A stretch of 64,000 nt of DNA from Phoronis australis (Eukaryota > Animalia > Phoronida). The position numbers and the translations under genes are program-made. Location: positions 1,274,086 through 1,338,085 of the forward strand of contig NMRA01000029.1 of NCBI GenBank assembly GCA_002633005.1, written 5' to 3'. Below, one piece after another: positions 14,524 to 26,715 of this stretch; the stretch's first letter is position 1; every line of letters starts with the position of its first letter. Under the pieces are notes generated by a model. The model made no database searches. It was not told the origin of the DNA and saw only the letters and a list, made by a program, of their open reading frames with translations.

Positions 14524-15096
14524 TTAAAGTGTAATCGACATAGGAGTACCCGCCAATCTCATCCTTATCCGTTACTTAGTATATATAAGAGTACAAAGTA
14601 ACAAAATGCAACATTAGTTTTATATTTTTTGGAGCTGTGTAGGCCTACCCAAAGTCGGTGACATTAATGAAACATCAAATAAAAAGTGGCATGTTGTGTA
14701 TGCCGAACATTAGATTTACCTGCTTTTCTCGTGTTCTGACTATTGATACCACGAGTGCAGTCTTCTGTGAAACAGACGATGATGTCGAACATTGAAACGA
14801 ATGCTCCCTAGACCATGCTTTGATTTCGGTACTCGCCGGAGTGATTCAACGTTTGGCATTTCTGCTTGTCAATACTTGAATATTAGCGTATCTGTATAGT
14901 AACAGAATCTTTTGCAAAAGACAAAAGGCTTTGCTACGACCACGTAATGTTCTTAAAGAATCAGCATGTAGATGTCTAACTTTCGGAACTTGAATGATAC
15001 TAAATCTTTTCAGAAGTGACTCTTACGAGACCTTTACTAACACTTTTTAAAATGCTTCGCAATGACCGGCTAGTTTTGAAAACATTGTAATTCCAG

Positions 15097-15369
15097 AATT
15101 GAATGCTGTCTCCGGCATTACCGTGAGTAATCAAACGAACACGTCGTTAGTTGTGTCTTGGAAACCTCTGCGAGGCAATGGCTTGTCTTACACACTTAAC
15201 TGCAAACCCGATGGCAAGGCATCAGATACGCCAGACGCTGCTATTTCAACGACGACAGCGACTTGTCGACGATTGACGCCTGGAACCTGGTATACAGTGA
15301 TAATAGGCACTGCGAAGCCAGGTTGGGACAAGGAATATGCCAGCCTTCATGATAGCAGCACGAAGACAA
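15097..15369 (+). CDS. Gene A exon: FN3 domain #3
   Basis: Acceptor ttccAG|AA and donor ACAA|GTACTA; phase 1-1, 273 nt. Peptide TSLVVSWKPLRGNGLSYTLNC..ATCRRLTPGTWYTV. Confidence 0.88.
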
Positions 15370-15928
15370 GTACTATCTGTTCACTATTAATGTTCCCTGT
15401 GATGGTTTGGTTAGAGTTCTTTTAACGAATTCACCAACTTCAATTTAATAGAGAGTAAGCGTTATTTGACGCATTCCTTACGAAGAATATCCGCGTAAAG
15501 GTTAATATGTGTATGGACATCTCTAGGAATTAACAGTACACCGTGTTTAACTTTGCTGACTGCACTATGCTTTAATGTGAAAAAGTGTCAGATTTTATTG
15601 TTACAGGTTTTTGTTATAAAAGTTAGTTTAAAACCAAGCGTCGTATTCTTCTTACAAAAGTGCTAAACACTGAACGTACATGTATTTCTGAGGCTAAAAC
15701 CATTTGCATTTGTTATGAAAAATTCTAGGCTCTGATTTTTAAATACGTTTTGCCAAAGATTGATCTGTAATGAATGCTAGTAAAATTTTTTTACCCTATT
15801 TATAGGCATTTTAAAAAACATTTTTTTTGAAAAACTTATGTTTTATGAGGATCTGAACATTTTGAAAAACTGAAACCAATTTTAGAAATCTCATAATTCG
15901 CCAAAACCCCAATTTTCAACGAAAAATG

Positions 15929-16030
15929 GAAGACCATTTTTGTACAAACACCCGAGACCCCGCCTTGATATCAGCATATGAAAAATTGAAGACCAATTTT
16001 TAAAAACATCCCATACCCCGCCTTGAGCAT
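15929..16030. repeat. Two imperfect tandem copies of a ~59-bp unit
   Basis: gaagaccatttt..aaaca..ccccgccttga occurs twice in succession. Confidence 0.6.
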
Positions 16031-16143
16031 GGCCTAGTCAACGTGTTACTTCGGTACTTGAAAAATACCAAACCTTCGCGAGCCTTTTACTAACATCAAG
16101 TGCTTTGCTACGACTAGCTACTTCTAAAACATTGTGATTCTAG

Positions 16144-16419
16144 AGTTGAATGCTGTCTCCGACATCACCGTGAGTCAGCGAACAGGCACGTCCTTGGTAG
16201 TGTCGTGGAAGCCTCCGCGAGGTAACGGATTGTCTTACACAATTAAATGTAAACCCGATGGCAGTGACCGAGGGATTTTACAAAACATTGCTCCTTCAAT
16301 GACGACAGCCACTTGCCGACAATTAATTCCTGGAACCTGGTACACTGTGGCGATAAGCATAACAAAGGCAGGATGGGACGAAGAATCTGTCAGCCTTCGT
16401 GATGGGAGCACAAAGACAA
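16144..16419 (+). CDS. Gene A exon: FN3 domain #4
   Basis: Acceptor ttctAG|AG and donor ACAA|GTACTA; phase 1-1, 276 nt. Peptide TSLVVSWKPPRGNGLSYTIKC..ATCRQLIPGTWYTV. Confidence 0.88.
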
Positions 16420-18086
16420 GTACTATATCTTTACCTTAAATGTTGCATAAAATAATTTCGGTAGGCTTTTGAATACATTGACCAGCTTCTTAAAAGTGAA
16501 GTACCGAATCATAGCCAAGAGTAATTTCCACATACATTTATAACCCTCTTTCACGAAAAAGCTGATAAAAAGAAGGCTTGGGTACGCTACAAAATATTAG
16601 GATTTCAAACCAAGTCAATACAAATTCTTGTTGAATTCCATAGAAAATAATAGTCTTTTGGAAAAGCTGTCTTTTTAGAAACACTTAGCAAAAAGAAGGA
16701 GCATTCACAGCAGAACAAATTTTGTATGATCCAGATGCTCAAAATAAAATGCCAAAACTGCACTCCGGTTTTCTGGCTTAGCGTTTCGTTTTCATTTTAT
16801 GTAACTTCAAGAATTTTTCATTAGAATCGTATAAGTCCTATTACCTCAGAGCTTCTCAAGCGAATTTAGAACATTTAAATACAATTCCTTACAGACTGTT
16901 GGATAACAGCGTATAAAGCATAACGGCAGTTAACTATTACTCTGTGAACAAGTACATTTTGGATTACTCAATTTTGAGTATAAACTCGAGATTTCGAGTT
17001 CAGACTCGGAACGAAAGACGTTAGTGACCATATCTTCTTTTGGAACCTCCAAGACACTGTTATCAGCCCCCGTCGTTTCTGACTGTAGTCGCTGTGTGCT
17101 GTTAGACAGCAATTCCGAGGTTCACAGCGTCATACACATCGCAAACACATCTCCTCGTAGTACGGTGTCAATGTTGATCTCGGTGACATGTAGCAGTCTG
17201 ACATCTTCTTTCCTCTATCATGTCTGTCGTCTTTTGCTGAACCTCTGGGTGTCTGGCATGACTGGTCGTTCTTGTGACATTTTTCCTGACCACTGAGTAC
17301 GCGTTGTGTACACCTCGTGTACTTCAAATCTTTGCAGAGTTACACTCAGCTGCAAACATTTCGGGTTTAAGGGCTGCTGGCGCCGTCTCATGTTCCATTC
17401 TTTCATCCCCCATCTGGAGTTCAGCCTTTCTAACCTCTGCAGCCCGGGCCTCAGTCTCCCAGACTAGTCGTCGTTCCGTTGCCGCAGCAGGATCAGTCAC
17501 GTGGGCTACTATCCTCTCCTCAGCCTCGCAAGCTTGTTTTCTCTGTTCAGCTGCAGCACCAGTATAACAGCGTAGAAACAAATGCGTTGTCAGCAAACTC
17601 CTAAAAATTTTGAACGCTGAATCGGAAAACATCGCAACCATATCCAAAATTACGTGAGATGTTACAGCTGACACTGAACAGATGTTGTGTCTTGGAAACT
17701 GCATTCTTAGGATGGTATTCAGGGTAGAGTTCAGAAATGAGAACACGTTATTTTGACTAGTCTCGCCACTAGACAGCTACTAAACTTTTTTCGACCGAAT
17801 ACAATATATTTTATGGATTTTAACTTCTTTGTTAATGGAGCTTTTGAAAAGCAAACAAGGGGTTTACGTCAACTCATGATCGCTTTGTTATTGCTGTAGT
17901 CAGACGCTCGCCAGTCGAATTGTAAGAAACAAAATTGCAGGCGTTCGGGTACCCATTGCACCAGACGTGCGCATGCCGCTAAGGTGGACCCATTGCATTG
18001 ATCAACATGGTCATTTTTATGCTTTTTTAAAATATACATGCAGTTAAAACGGAGCTGGGGAGATAGAGGCACGAGTCCAGAGTCTA

Positions 18087-18914
18087 TTAATGTGCCCAGT
18101 GGTTTTGGAACCCACGACCTTGATTGAAAAGGAAGCGGACACTTATTTCAAATATCCACCTTAGACTACGTATTGATTTCATCAGGTGTTGGTGTGAGTC
18201 AGCACTTGGAAGACTAACCTTATTTTTCATTGTTCGGATCTCTTTTAGATGGCCGATCCAATGTTTGTTTACAAACATCTTTTCGATAAAACTACCATAC
18301 AAAAAGCTGCTGGTTATTAATAACACGTATCCAAATCCTTCACTTTCATGAGAAGTATGTAATGTTTTGGAAAGTTCACAAGCCCCTAGCTTATGTTTTG
18401 GGAACTACAAGTATTTCTTTATCGGACATCTTTTNAATATGTTGTAGAGTGACTGTGTGAATATTGGGACTGCGTCATTTATGTTACTTTTGTTAAGTAT
18501 ATCAGTCCAGTTGAATGTGGTTATGTCAGAGCGCAATTTGTCCATGTTAATGAGGTTGTAATTCCAGATCTTCTTCATAATGTCTGGTTCTTTAGGTGGG
18601 CAGTTGAGTGTGAATGTTGTTTCTATAACGTGGTGGTCTGAGTCACCAATGGGAGGCCTTACAGAAGTGGATTCAATTAATCCGAGATTGTTTGTTATAC
18701 ATAAATCAAGGCAAGAATGTGAATACTCTGTTAAACGTGTCTGCTCGTTTATTAGTTGTATACAGTCATTTGTGAGGAGAATATCGAATAATTCGAGACT
18801 GGCTTGGTTGTCATTGTCTTCAGAGTACCAAGTACTATTTCTTGCGTTAAAATCCCCGTTGATAACAATCGTTTTATTACTTTGAGAGAGTTCTTCGGAC
18901 ATCTCTAAGTACAA
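18087..18914 (-). mobile_element. LINE ORF2 fragment: apurinic-like endonuclease C-terminal half (CR1-type)
   Basis: INGDFNA, NEQTR, SCLDLCIT and IGDSDHHVI motifs, then KIWNY..DKLRSDI..FNW. The frame breaks near the N at 18436. Confidence 0.85.
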
Positions 18915-20992
18915 AACAAACTCTTCACTGCTACCAGTCAGTACACAAATACATCTCTGGTACAGTGAATCTTCTGAGTTTGTGCGAATATTGAATTACT
19001 AGCTACGCTCAGCTAATGATGTAAAGTTTATGTTGTTTCTAAAATGTTCGTGAGTCAGAAAACGAGCACGCTGTTGGTTGTGTTTTGAGAGCCCGAGCAA
19101 GGCAAACGAGCGTCCTACACAATTAGCTGCAGCCTTAGGGCAGTGATTCATGGACTTTCAAAACGTTGATGCTTTCTTGGCCAGACATGCCAAACATTGA
19201 CACCTACATCCTGGTGCGCAGTAACCACTCCGACAACAGACGGGGTCAAGGAATGCACTGTCTCCCCGATGACAACAAGGCAAGAGATAATTTGCATATG
19301 CTCATCAGTTGTTATTGCTAATCGTCCTTTATTGTGTACAAGGCTTCAACGGTTATTTCTAGGAAGAGGATTTTCAGTATATATCATTTTCAAGTGCCAA
19401 CTCGTAAAACATAGACTCCCCTTGAAAAGAATTCAAATAACCCCACTTTTGACAGTTTTTGTCATCGGCTGATATTTTTGCGGTCTTCGTTTTATCCAAT
19501 AGCTCATCAACTTTATCTGCTCAATCATGTTTTCAACTCTCTATGCATTCATCCAAAAAACCGTAATTACGACAGTAGCACTGTCAAATTGTTAAAGCTG
19601 AAGTTTAGCTCATTTTCGTAACCATTACTCACACTATTAAGTGACAACGATGTTCCATTTTGTCTGAAGATTTCCAGACTTGGTGCCAGAAACGAGGCAA
19701 TGTCCGTCAACGGAATCTGTCTAGGTCTTGTAGAGATCTTCAAACAAATTCGGCATTACAAGAATTCCGTTTGTACTACAATAGTTACCCTCCAATGAAG
19801 TATGGCAAGTCAACCCGAATTAATGAAAGTTGTAATTCTTTATGCCTTCACCTACACATATTGGTCAGGTAAAACTTACTTGTTTGGCCCTTTATCGTAA
19901 CCTCAAAGGTATTACGGAGCCAAGTTGGGTATCACCCTTAGACCCGTATTCATGACCGTGTTGGTGTTGGAGAGAAGACTTGGGGCAGCTACAAACACGG
20001 TGGGGGATAATCGAAGATATAAAGTCCTGTAAAAATCCAGGTCTACAAAACTCTGCACTGCCTAGTACAGAAGAAAAAACTCAGGGTTGTGGCATGGGCG
20101 GCGCACCATAGGGGAATGGGGGGATTTGCTAAAACGTCCCACTTTTTAGTGCGGCGCCACCCATGGTCTAAGGGCGGTGTACCACAGGGGCGCTATAACC
20201 CCACTTTTTAGTGCTGTGCCGCCCATGTGTGCAGCCTGTCAGAATTGGGAAGGGAAGAATTACCAATTACTAACAGGTAATAAATATGGCTTGAATGATG
20301 GAAGAACATCGGAAAGGATAGCAAAACAGGAAAAATGTCATGTGACACGTCATATTTGTCACATAGATGGCTCATATAAATCGCATCGTGCAGCGCTATT
20401 CCCCAACACCACGTCACGGTACTTACTGTACAAGGTTGAGTGATTTAGGGCGGAACGTTTTCGACACAAAATTAATTTTTAAAAACATTTGGTACGAAGT
20501 AGGTTGTGTTACTCAGTAATTTGACTAAGCAATCACAGAGATAAAGAATTAGCGTGCAAATTACACTTTATGCACCTCCAACCATAACAAAATATTGTGT
20601 TGACATCCGCCAATATTGAGCGTTCAGGTCAAAAGCACAGTTGGTTCTTGTCTAAGGTTTTTGCTTGAAAACAGATCCAGTGGTGCGTTACTTAGCTTCA
20701 GTTGCATGATTTTTCAAGAACTTTTCATCTGAAACGGGCAAACGATTCGAGGGAGCTTTCCATACATCGGTTGGTGTTTCAAGACATTTAAGATAATGCT
20801 TACCTTGGTGCAGCTTTTTAAAAATAAGAGAGCATGGCTCTAATTGATACGGATGGACTTTGTTTTCCCTCAGTCGATGAGCACAGGTTTGAGAACGAAA
20901 TCAACAATGCCTTTTTGTTTTATAATTCTTTGCAGTCGTGACTGTTGCAAACCCTTTGTGAACATTTTATACTTTATTACATTTTCTTCTAG

Positions 20993-21268
20993 GGTTGATT
21001 GCTGTGTCTAACATTGTCGTGAGTCAACGAACAAGCACATCGCTAACTGTGGCTTGGACGCCTGCGAGAGGCTTCGGATTGTCTTACACAGTTAGCTGCA
21101 GACCCGATGGCAATGATTCAGAAACGGTGGTAGACGTTGCTCCTTCGCTCACCTTGGCGACTTGCCAAAAACTGACGCCTGGAACTTTGTTCACCGTAAC
21201 GATAACCACTATGAAGGCTCACTGGGAGAAGGTGTCTGCCAGCATTTACGATAACACCACGAAGACAG
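20993..21268 (+). CDS. Gene A exon: FN3 domain #5
   Basis: Pyrimidine tract ttttcttctAG|GG and donor ACAG|GTAGTT; phase 1-1, 276 nt. Peptide TSLTVAWTPARGFGLSYTVSC..ATCQKLTPGTLFTVTI. Confidence 0.9.
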
Positions 21269-23402
21269 GTAGTTTATAACAAAATGTAGATCTTGACTAA
21301 TAAACGAATTTCATAATGTGTTGTGAATAGGACTCATCTGGTGGTCTGAATATTTACTTGCATTTCTAGTACCTGGGAGACCTGTCGTCTCCTAGTGGCG
21401 GGAACACTGGTCACATGGGAACTCGTTTGATTTATTACCAGTCACCATTTTGACTTGCTGCGCAATATAGCCTCATTTCCTATTCGACTAAAAAGTGCTG
21501 CTGGGTGTGTTTCCAAATGTTTCACCCTTGTGTTTTAGAACGCACCCACGTTCCTCTTTTTATATCCGATTAATCCACTTTTTCAATCCAGGTGTCCCAA
21601 TTTTATTCGTACATTTGACAAGTACGCGACACAAATATGGTGTTAACATCTGTCCTCGATTCCTTGAAAATCGGTAAATAAAGTGTAAGGCTTACTACTG
21701 CTGATATTCATCGAAGGCATTGTGAAAAACGTAGCCAAAAATTGGAAGAGAAAGTCTTGAATCAAGTTTGAAAGCTCACATTTTCCCATTCCATTATTTA
21801 TAAAGTGACAACTACGTGGCAAACAATAAACTCTTGACAGACGAGATCGCATAATCAACTATGAATAAAAACGAAGTCGCATGACGCATCACGCATAAAA
21901 TGCTGGTGAGGTGTTGAACACTGAACGGGGACAAGTAAAAATATGGTCACAGGGGCGCTCTGGGATGAAGCACAAGGTAAACATTTGAAAAACGTTCGAC
22001 TTCAAGGAAGTGAAAGAAGTTTCAAAGTTTATAAACAAAAATATGAGAATTACATTAGAAATTGCTCTGTTTCACTCGGTAAAAACAAAAGTTCGAATTA
22101 CGTCTCAAAAATCGGCTCATATATCCGCTCTACTCTATCCTGTTACAGACAAGAGAGTGTGTATAATTATGTGACATTTTCTTATTGGTAACAATATAAA
22201 ATCCTTTCACAGCAAGTAACAGTAAGAAATACTATGTCATCTGCTTACGACTGCTAATATTTGTTTATAGGCAACTAAACATGGCACAATGGAGTTAAAA
22301 ATTCAAGTTATAAGATGGTTATGACCGTTTTGTGAAATTTGGGCTGAGAGATAGGAGCCTAGTCAAGCTTATGACGATGGCATAATACACTGTGTAATTG
22401 CAATAATCACGCCAGCCAAATTAAGCAAAGAGGGATGTGTGCACATATAGGTTTTTGTGACTTTCGAGGGTAACGTTGTTAATTTAATGAAAAAAGAATG
22501 ATGTTCAAAATATTAAAATTTGCCAGATTGTATCAAGTGTTGGAAATTTTCCAAAAAAAGTTTGCTTGATGCTGTACATGTAGATTTGAATGTAAAGCTA
22601 TGTATGAATATCTCGACGTATGATCTTAGTGACGTCATTGAGAGGGAGATAATTACCCAAACTAAAACATACTTCTGAAAATGATTTGAGAACTTCTGAT
22701 TTCATATGGCACAGTCACGCAAACGTCTGTCAGTCGTGGTGATTTAGACTGTGCTCGAATACATTATAATTTATGCTTACGAGTTTCTAGTTCAAGTTCG
22801 CACTTGAAGAACCTTATATTCGTGCTACAAACTCGAGTAAAAACTAGAAATTTCGAGTTCAAACTGGAACTTTTAGCCTTAATCTTAGGTTCACCAACTG
22901 CAAACTAGGACTAATAAATTATCCACGTAAGTCATTATGTACTCGAGCAATTATCTTGAGTTCGCACAAAAGCAGAGTAGAAAATGCCAAACATAAATTC
23001 GAGATCCATTTCGAGTAAAAAGGTTAAAGAACGGGTCCTGGGCAAAATTGGAACTTAAAACCCATCACTTATACTGGCCATTCTTTACACGACCTGGCTG
23101 GATGCGAGGTATAGTCTGGCCTCTGATACCTTTTTAGCTCTACTCTTTGGAACACTTTTGACAGCATATAAACTGTATTTTTAAATGTTGGGGTTTTTTC
23201 AGGAATCATAAGAATGCTACAGTGCTCTAAAAGAAAAATGACAATTGCTTTCGCAGTCTTCATTTATACAGGCGGATTTACTTAACTCTTGTAATCATTT
23301 TTGCAGCTTCTTTGGGTGAGAGTGCTTGCACAATGTTTTTATCTATCAATTTATTTCCGTAATAAAGGTCATAGGCAAACAAAAGAACAACATGTAACAT
23401 AC

Positions 23403-23609
23403 TTAAGAGTGCAGCAAGCTACTACGGAAAGCGCAAAATACATGCACATATTTACATAGATTGACTCGTATAGTACCATCACTTGTTGACATCAATATAT
23501 TGAACTCGGGATATCTATCACAGCTTAGAATTAAATGATACTTGTCTTCGGTAACATTGAGGCATAATGGACACACTCTGTTTGCCCTGGGTATACTCAA
23601 ACTTGCCAA
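23403..23609 (-). mobile_element. LINE ORF2 C-terminal cysteine-rich relic
   Basis: IPRANRVCPLCLNVTEDKYHLILSCDRY matches the R-x-C-x2-C..ED-x-x-H..C-x2-Y knuckle at the 3' end of many LINE ORF2s. Confidence 0.65.
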
Positions 23610-23851
23610 CCGACAAAATATTTGGCTTTTTCACACACGTTGAAAGTATCATATTATCAAATTCTATTGTGATTTTTCACGCGACATAGCCACTAAAAAG
23701 AAATGAAAAGGCTTGACTAACACATCAAAAACGATAACAAGACTTCGAAAGAGTTCTATCTAAGTCTTTCTAATTTCTTTTGAAAACTTCTCCACTCTGT
23801 GCACATTCGCACAGCCTGCTTCCTACAAATAACTCAAACGTTCTTAAAAAC

Positions 23852-24068
23852 CATGTGTGCAGCCAGCCTAAAAATGGGGGGGCTCGAATTTTTGAGATTG
23901 TCGACCTTACGGGGTACGCGCAGAGATGTGAATTGTGCATTCGTTTGTAGTGGACTTTTATTCTCTACGTTTTCGGACTTTTTGTTTCTCCGAGGCGTAC
24001 CTTTTTGCTAAATAGGGGGGAAGGGGCTCCTTCGAGTCCCCAGAGCCCCTCCACTGGGTTCCCTCATG
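23852..24068 (+). mobile_element. MITE family X, copy 1
   Basis: Begins catgtgtgcagccagcctaaaaatggggggg ctcgaattttt and ends gggttccctcatg. Homologous to 24170-24388 (opposite strand) and 56338-56598. Confidence 0.65.
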
Positions 24069-24169
24069 AAAATACTAGTAGTGGAATTCCGTGAAAAAAT
24101 GATCGACATTGTTATAGTTATGGAAGTATCAGATACATTGCCTTTGCATAATTCATAAATGGTGGTCTG

Positions 24170-24388
24170 CATGTGCGCATCCAAGCGGGGCTCGAGGGGC
24201 GAACGAAGTGGGCAAAAAGATCCGCCTCAGAGAAACAAAAAGTCCGAAAAACTGGAAAACGAGAAAAAAGTTCACTAATAAGGCTGGAGTTACCAAAATT
24301 TGACGAATTCACAATTCATAGCTCTGAACGTACCCTGCTCCACGTTCTCAAAAATTCGAGCACCCATTTTAGGCTGGGTGCATGCATG
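24170..24388 (-). mobile_element. MITE family X, copy 2 (inverted relative to copy 1)
   Basis: Reverse complement begins catgcatgcacccagcctaaaatgggtgctcgaatttttgaga. Own short TIRs catgtgcgcatcc and gggtgcatgcatg. Confidence 0.65.
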
Positions 24389-25026
24389 GTCTGCAAGGTC
24401 TTCAAACTTCCATCCTTCCGATGGCAGTCTGTTGTGCTGGCTTCATGCACATCGTTAAAAATCTAATCAGGAAGAATGACATCTACTTCCACCTTCGGGA
24501 GCCCCTCCAAGATGTGACCTTCCTTACCATACATTAGAGACTACGATTTCACAAAAACAGGAACAGAAACAATCGATTTCCACAACTGGGGTCCCTTGTC
24601 CTTGATCGACACCTTGAGAATAATGCATCGAAATGTAAAACAGCTAAAGGTGGATGCCATCAACTGGTACGTTAAATATGAAACGATCTGTAATTTGAAA
24701 CATAAAGCAGAAAATCCCTGAAAGAGCGATCCTAAATTGTCTTCTATTTAAAGATATCGTGGTCCATTTTAGGACAACAGTGAGTCCTTTTAGATACAAA
24801 TCCCAGAATCACCTAAGATACCCTGTCACGTTTTTCCCCATGTGTGATTGGATGCAGGTTGTTACAGACCGGTGCTAATAGCTTTCGGTGCGACGATAGA
24901 CTGAAGATTGGCTCCAGTTAATCCCGTATTAATTTCCACCGTACGTTCACAAGCTTACTCAAACAAAACGTCCACCTAATGTCTGTTCTACGCTCCAGCC
25001 AGGGTTGCAAAACCACACGCTCTGTC

Positions 25027-25766
25027 TCAATCTTCGGTAGTGCCACTGCTTGCAGGTATCTGGTGACAAAATCTACCACCCTGAGAATGTATTAGTTTCC
25101 ATTGTCGGAAACTGGAGCTATAGGGCCAATCGGATCGATTGCAGTCCTCTTGAGAGGCTCCTCCATAAAAGGCCTTTCTCCCAAGGGTACCTTGGTCACT
25201 CGACCTTTCGGGATTGTCTTCTTGCAGATGCCGCATGATCTGCAGAACGGGTCACTTCTGATGCCACTCCTGGCCAGTAGAAATTGCTGGTGATACGGCC
25301 AGTTGTGTTTCTAACACCGAGGTATCCACCGAGTATGGACTCATGGGCAACTCTTATCAAGGACTTCCGTAAACTGTTCGGCACGACAATATGTTTCACC
25401 TCGTCACCGTCTTTTTTCTTGAACAACCTCCATCACGTATGACCCCTTGTTTTTGGTCTGTCGCTGAACTTTGGCTTCAGCTGCCTCCCACAACTTTTTC
25501 ATTGACGAATCTTCATGCTGGGCGTCTTTGAACTGTGTTAGTTCCACCTCTTTTATGGTCGGAGATACAGCTAACGGCTTGATATCCGCTTTTTGTCGCT
25601 CTGCCTGAGCTCTGGTAGTCACTGCTACAGCTTCCCCGCTGGATTCATCAGGATCCGTTCCTACCGACACGTCGGCCACCTCCTCTCCCTCTAGAGTTGA
25701 GGTCACTGGGTTCTTTCTCTTGGGAAGTAGTACCCTTGTGAGAGTTATCCTTCTAGAATATTCCAC
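25027..25766 (-). mobile_element. Ty3/Gypsy LTR-retrotransposon pol fragment (integrase zinc-binding region), copy 1
   Basis: AVTTRAQA, QFKDAQHED, IVVPNSLRKSLIRVAHESILGGYLGVRNTTGRITSNFYWPG, then a frameshift to CRSCGICKK..RTAIDPIGPI. This is the integrase H2C2 region and the start of the catalytic core. Confidence 0.85.
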
Positions 25767-26184
25767 ACTATTCTGTAGTAAACAAACTACGTCATCACTG
25801 TGCTGACCTCAGCAGTTATGCCAATCAATAACACGAACACAACAATAGAACAAAATAATAAAACTACGAACAGTGCCAATCCACTCCTGACATGCCCCTG
25901 ACATCCCAGTCAAGCATAAATCGTGAATAATGCACATTTTTGTACATGGAAATTCAGTTTCTCGCCATTGGCTATCATGTTGCCGCATTAGGTTGATATC
26001 GATTTGTTTAGTGAAGGTATGAATATAATATGTTGGCAATGTGTTATTACATACCTCAAGTTTTAGATTGCATACTCCTTTCCAAACAGGTGATCGCTGA
26101 AAGCATAGATTGACGTCTTTTGAGGTTGACAAATGACATACATGTATCACTGAATGCCTAAGGTATACTATACGTTGAACATTT

Positions 26185-26392
26185 NNNNNNNNNNNNNNNN
26201 NNNNNNNNNNNNNNNNNNNNNNNNNNNNNNNNNNNNNNNNNNNNNNNNNNNNNNNNNNNNNNNNNNNNNNNNNNNNNNNNNNNNNNNNNNNNNNNNNNNN
26301 NNNNNNNNNNNNNNNNNNNNNNNNNNNNNNNNNNNNNNNNNNNNNNNNNNNNNNNNNNNNNNNNNNNNNNNNNNNNNNNNNNNNNNNNNNNN
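26185..26392. other. Assembly gap (208 N)
   Basis: Run of n. Confidence 0.99.
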
Positions 26393-26715
26393 GGTGGTAA
26401 ATCGGAATCGTGTTTCAAGACATCTGTGTAACAATCTACAGGCACCACTAAACAATGCCCAGTGAATAATAAATCAATAGCTTTCATTCAAGGAAAAATA
26501 TGAACAGTTAAAACTGGACAGTTTTTATACCGTGAAAACATGGCTGCGAAGCCGTAAAATCTGTTTGAGCCTATAACTTTAGAAAAACGCAATATTTTGA
26601 GAAAATATTTTACCGCTGTTTATAGATCCCATAGGACTACCTATGTGCCAAATTCGGTGAAAATCGGCTGACCCCCACCTTGCCGCTCATGGCTGGTGCT
26701 CTCGTGGACTAGTAC

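Noticed and set aside
17130-17746. Coiled-coil-like minus-strand peptide (EAEERIV..EARAAEVRKAELQM) as a gene or gag
   Set aside because: No diagnostic motif. It is probably retroelement debris next to the LINE fragment, but I cannot assign it.
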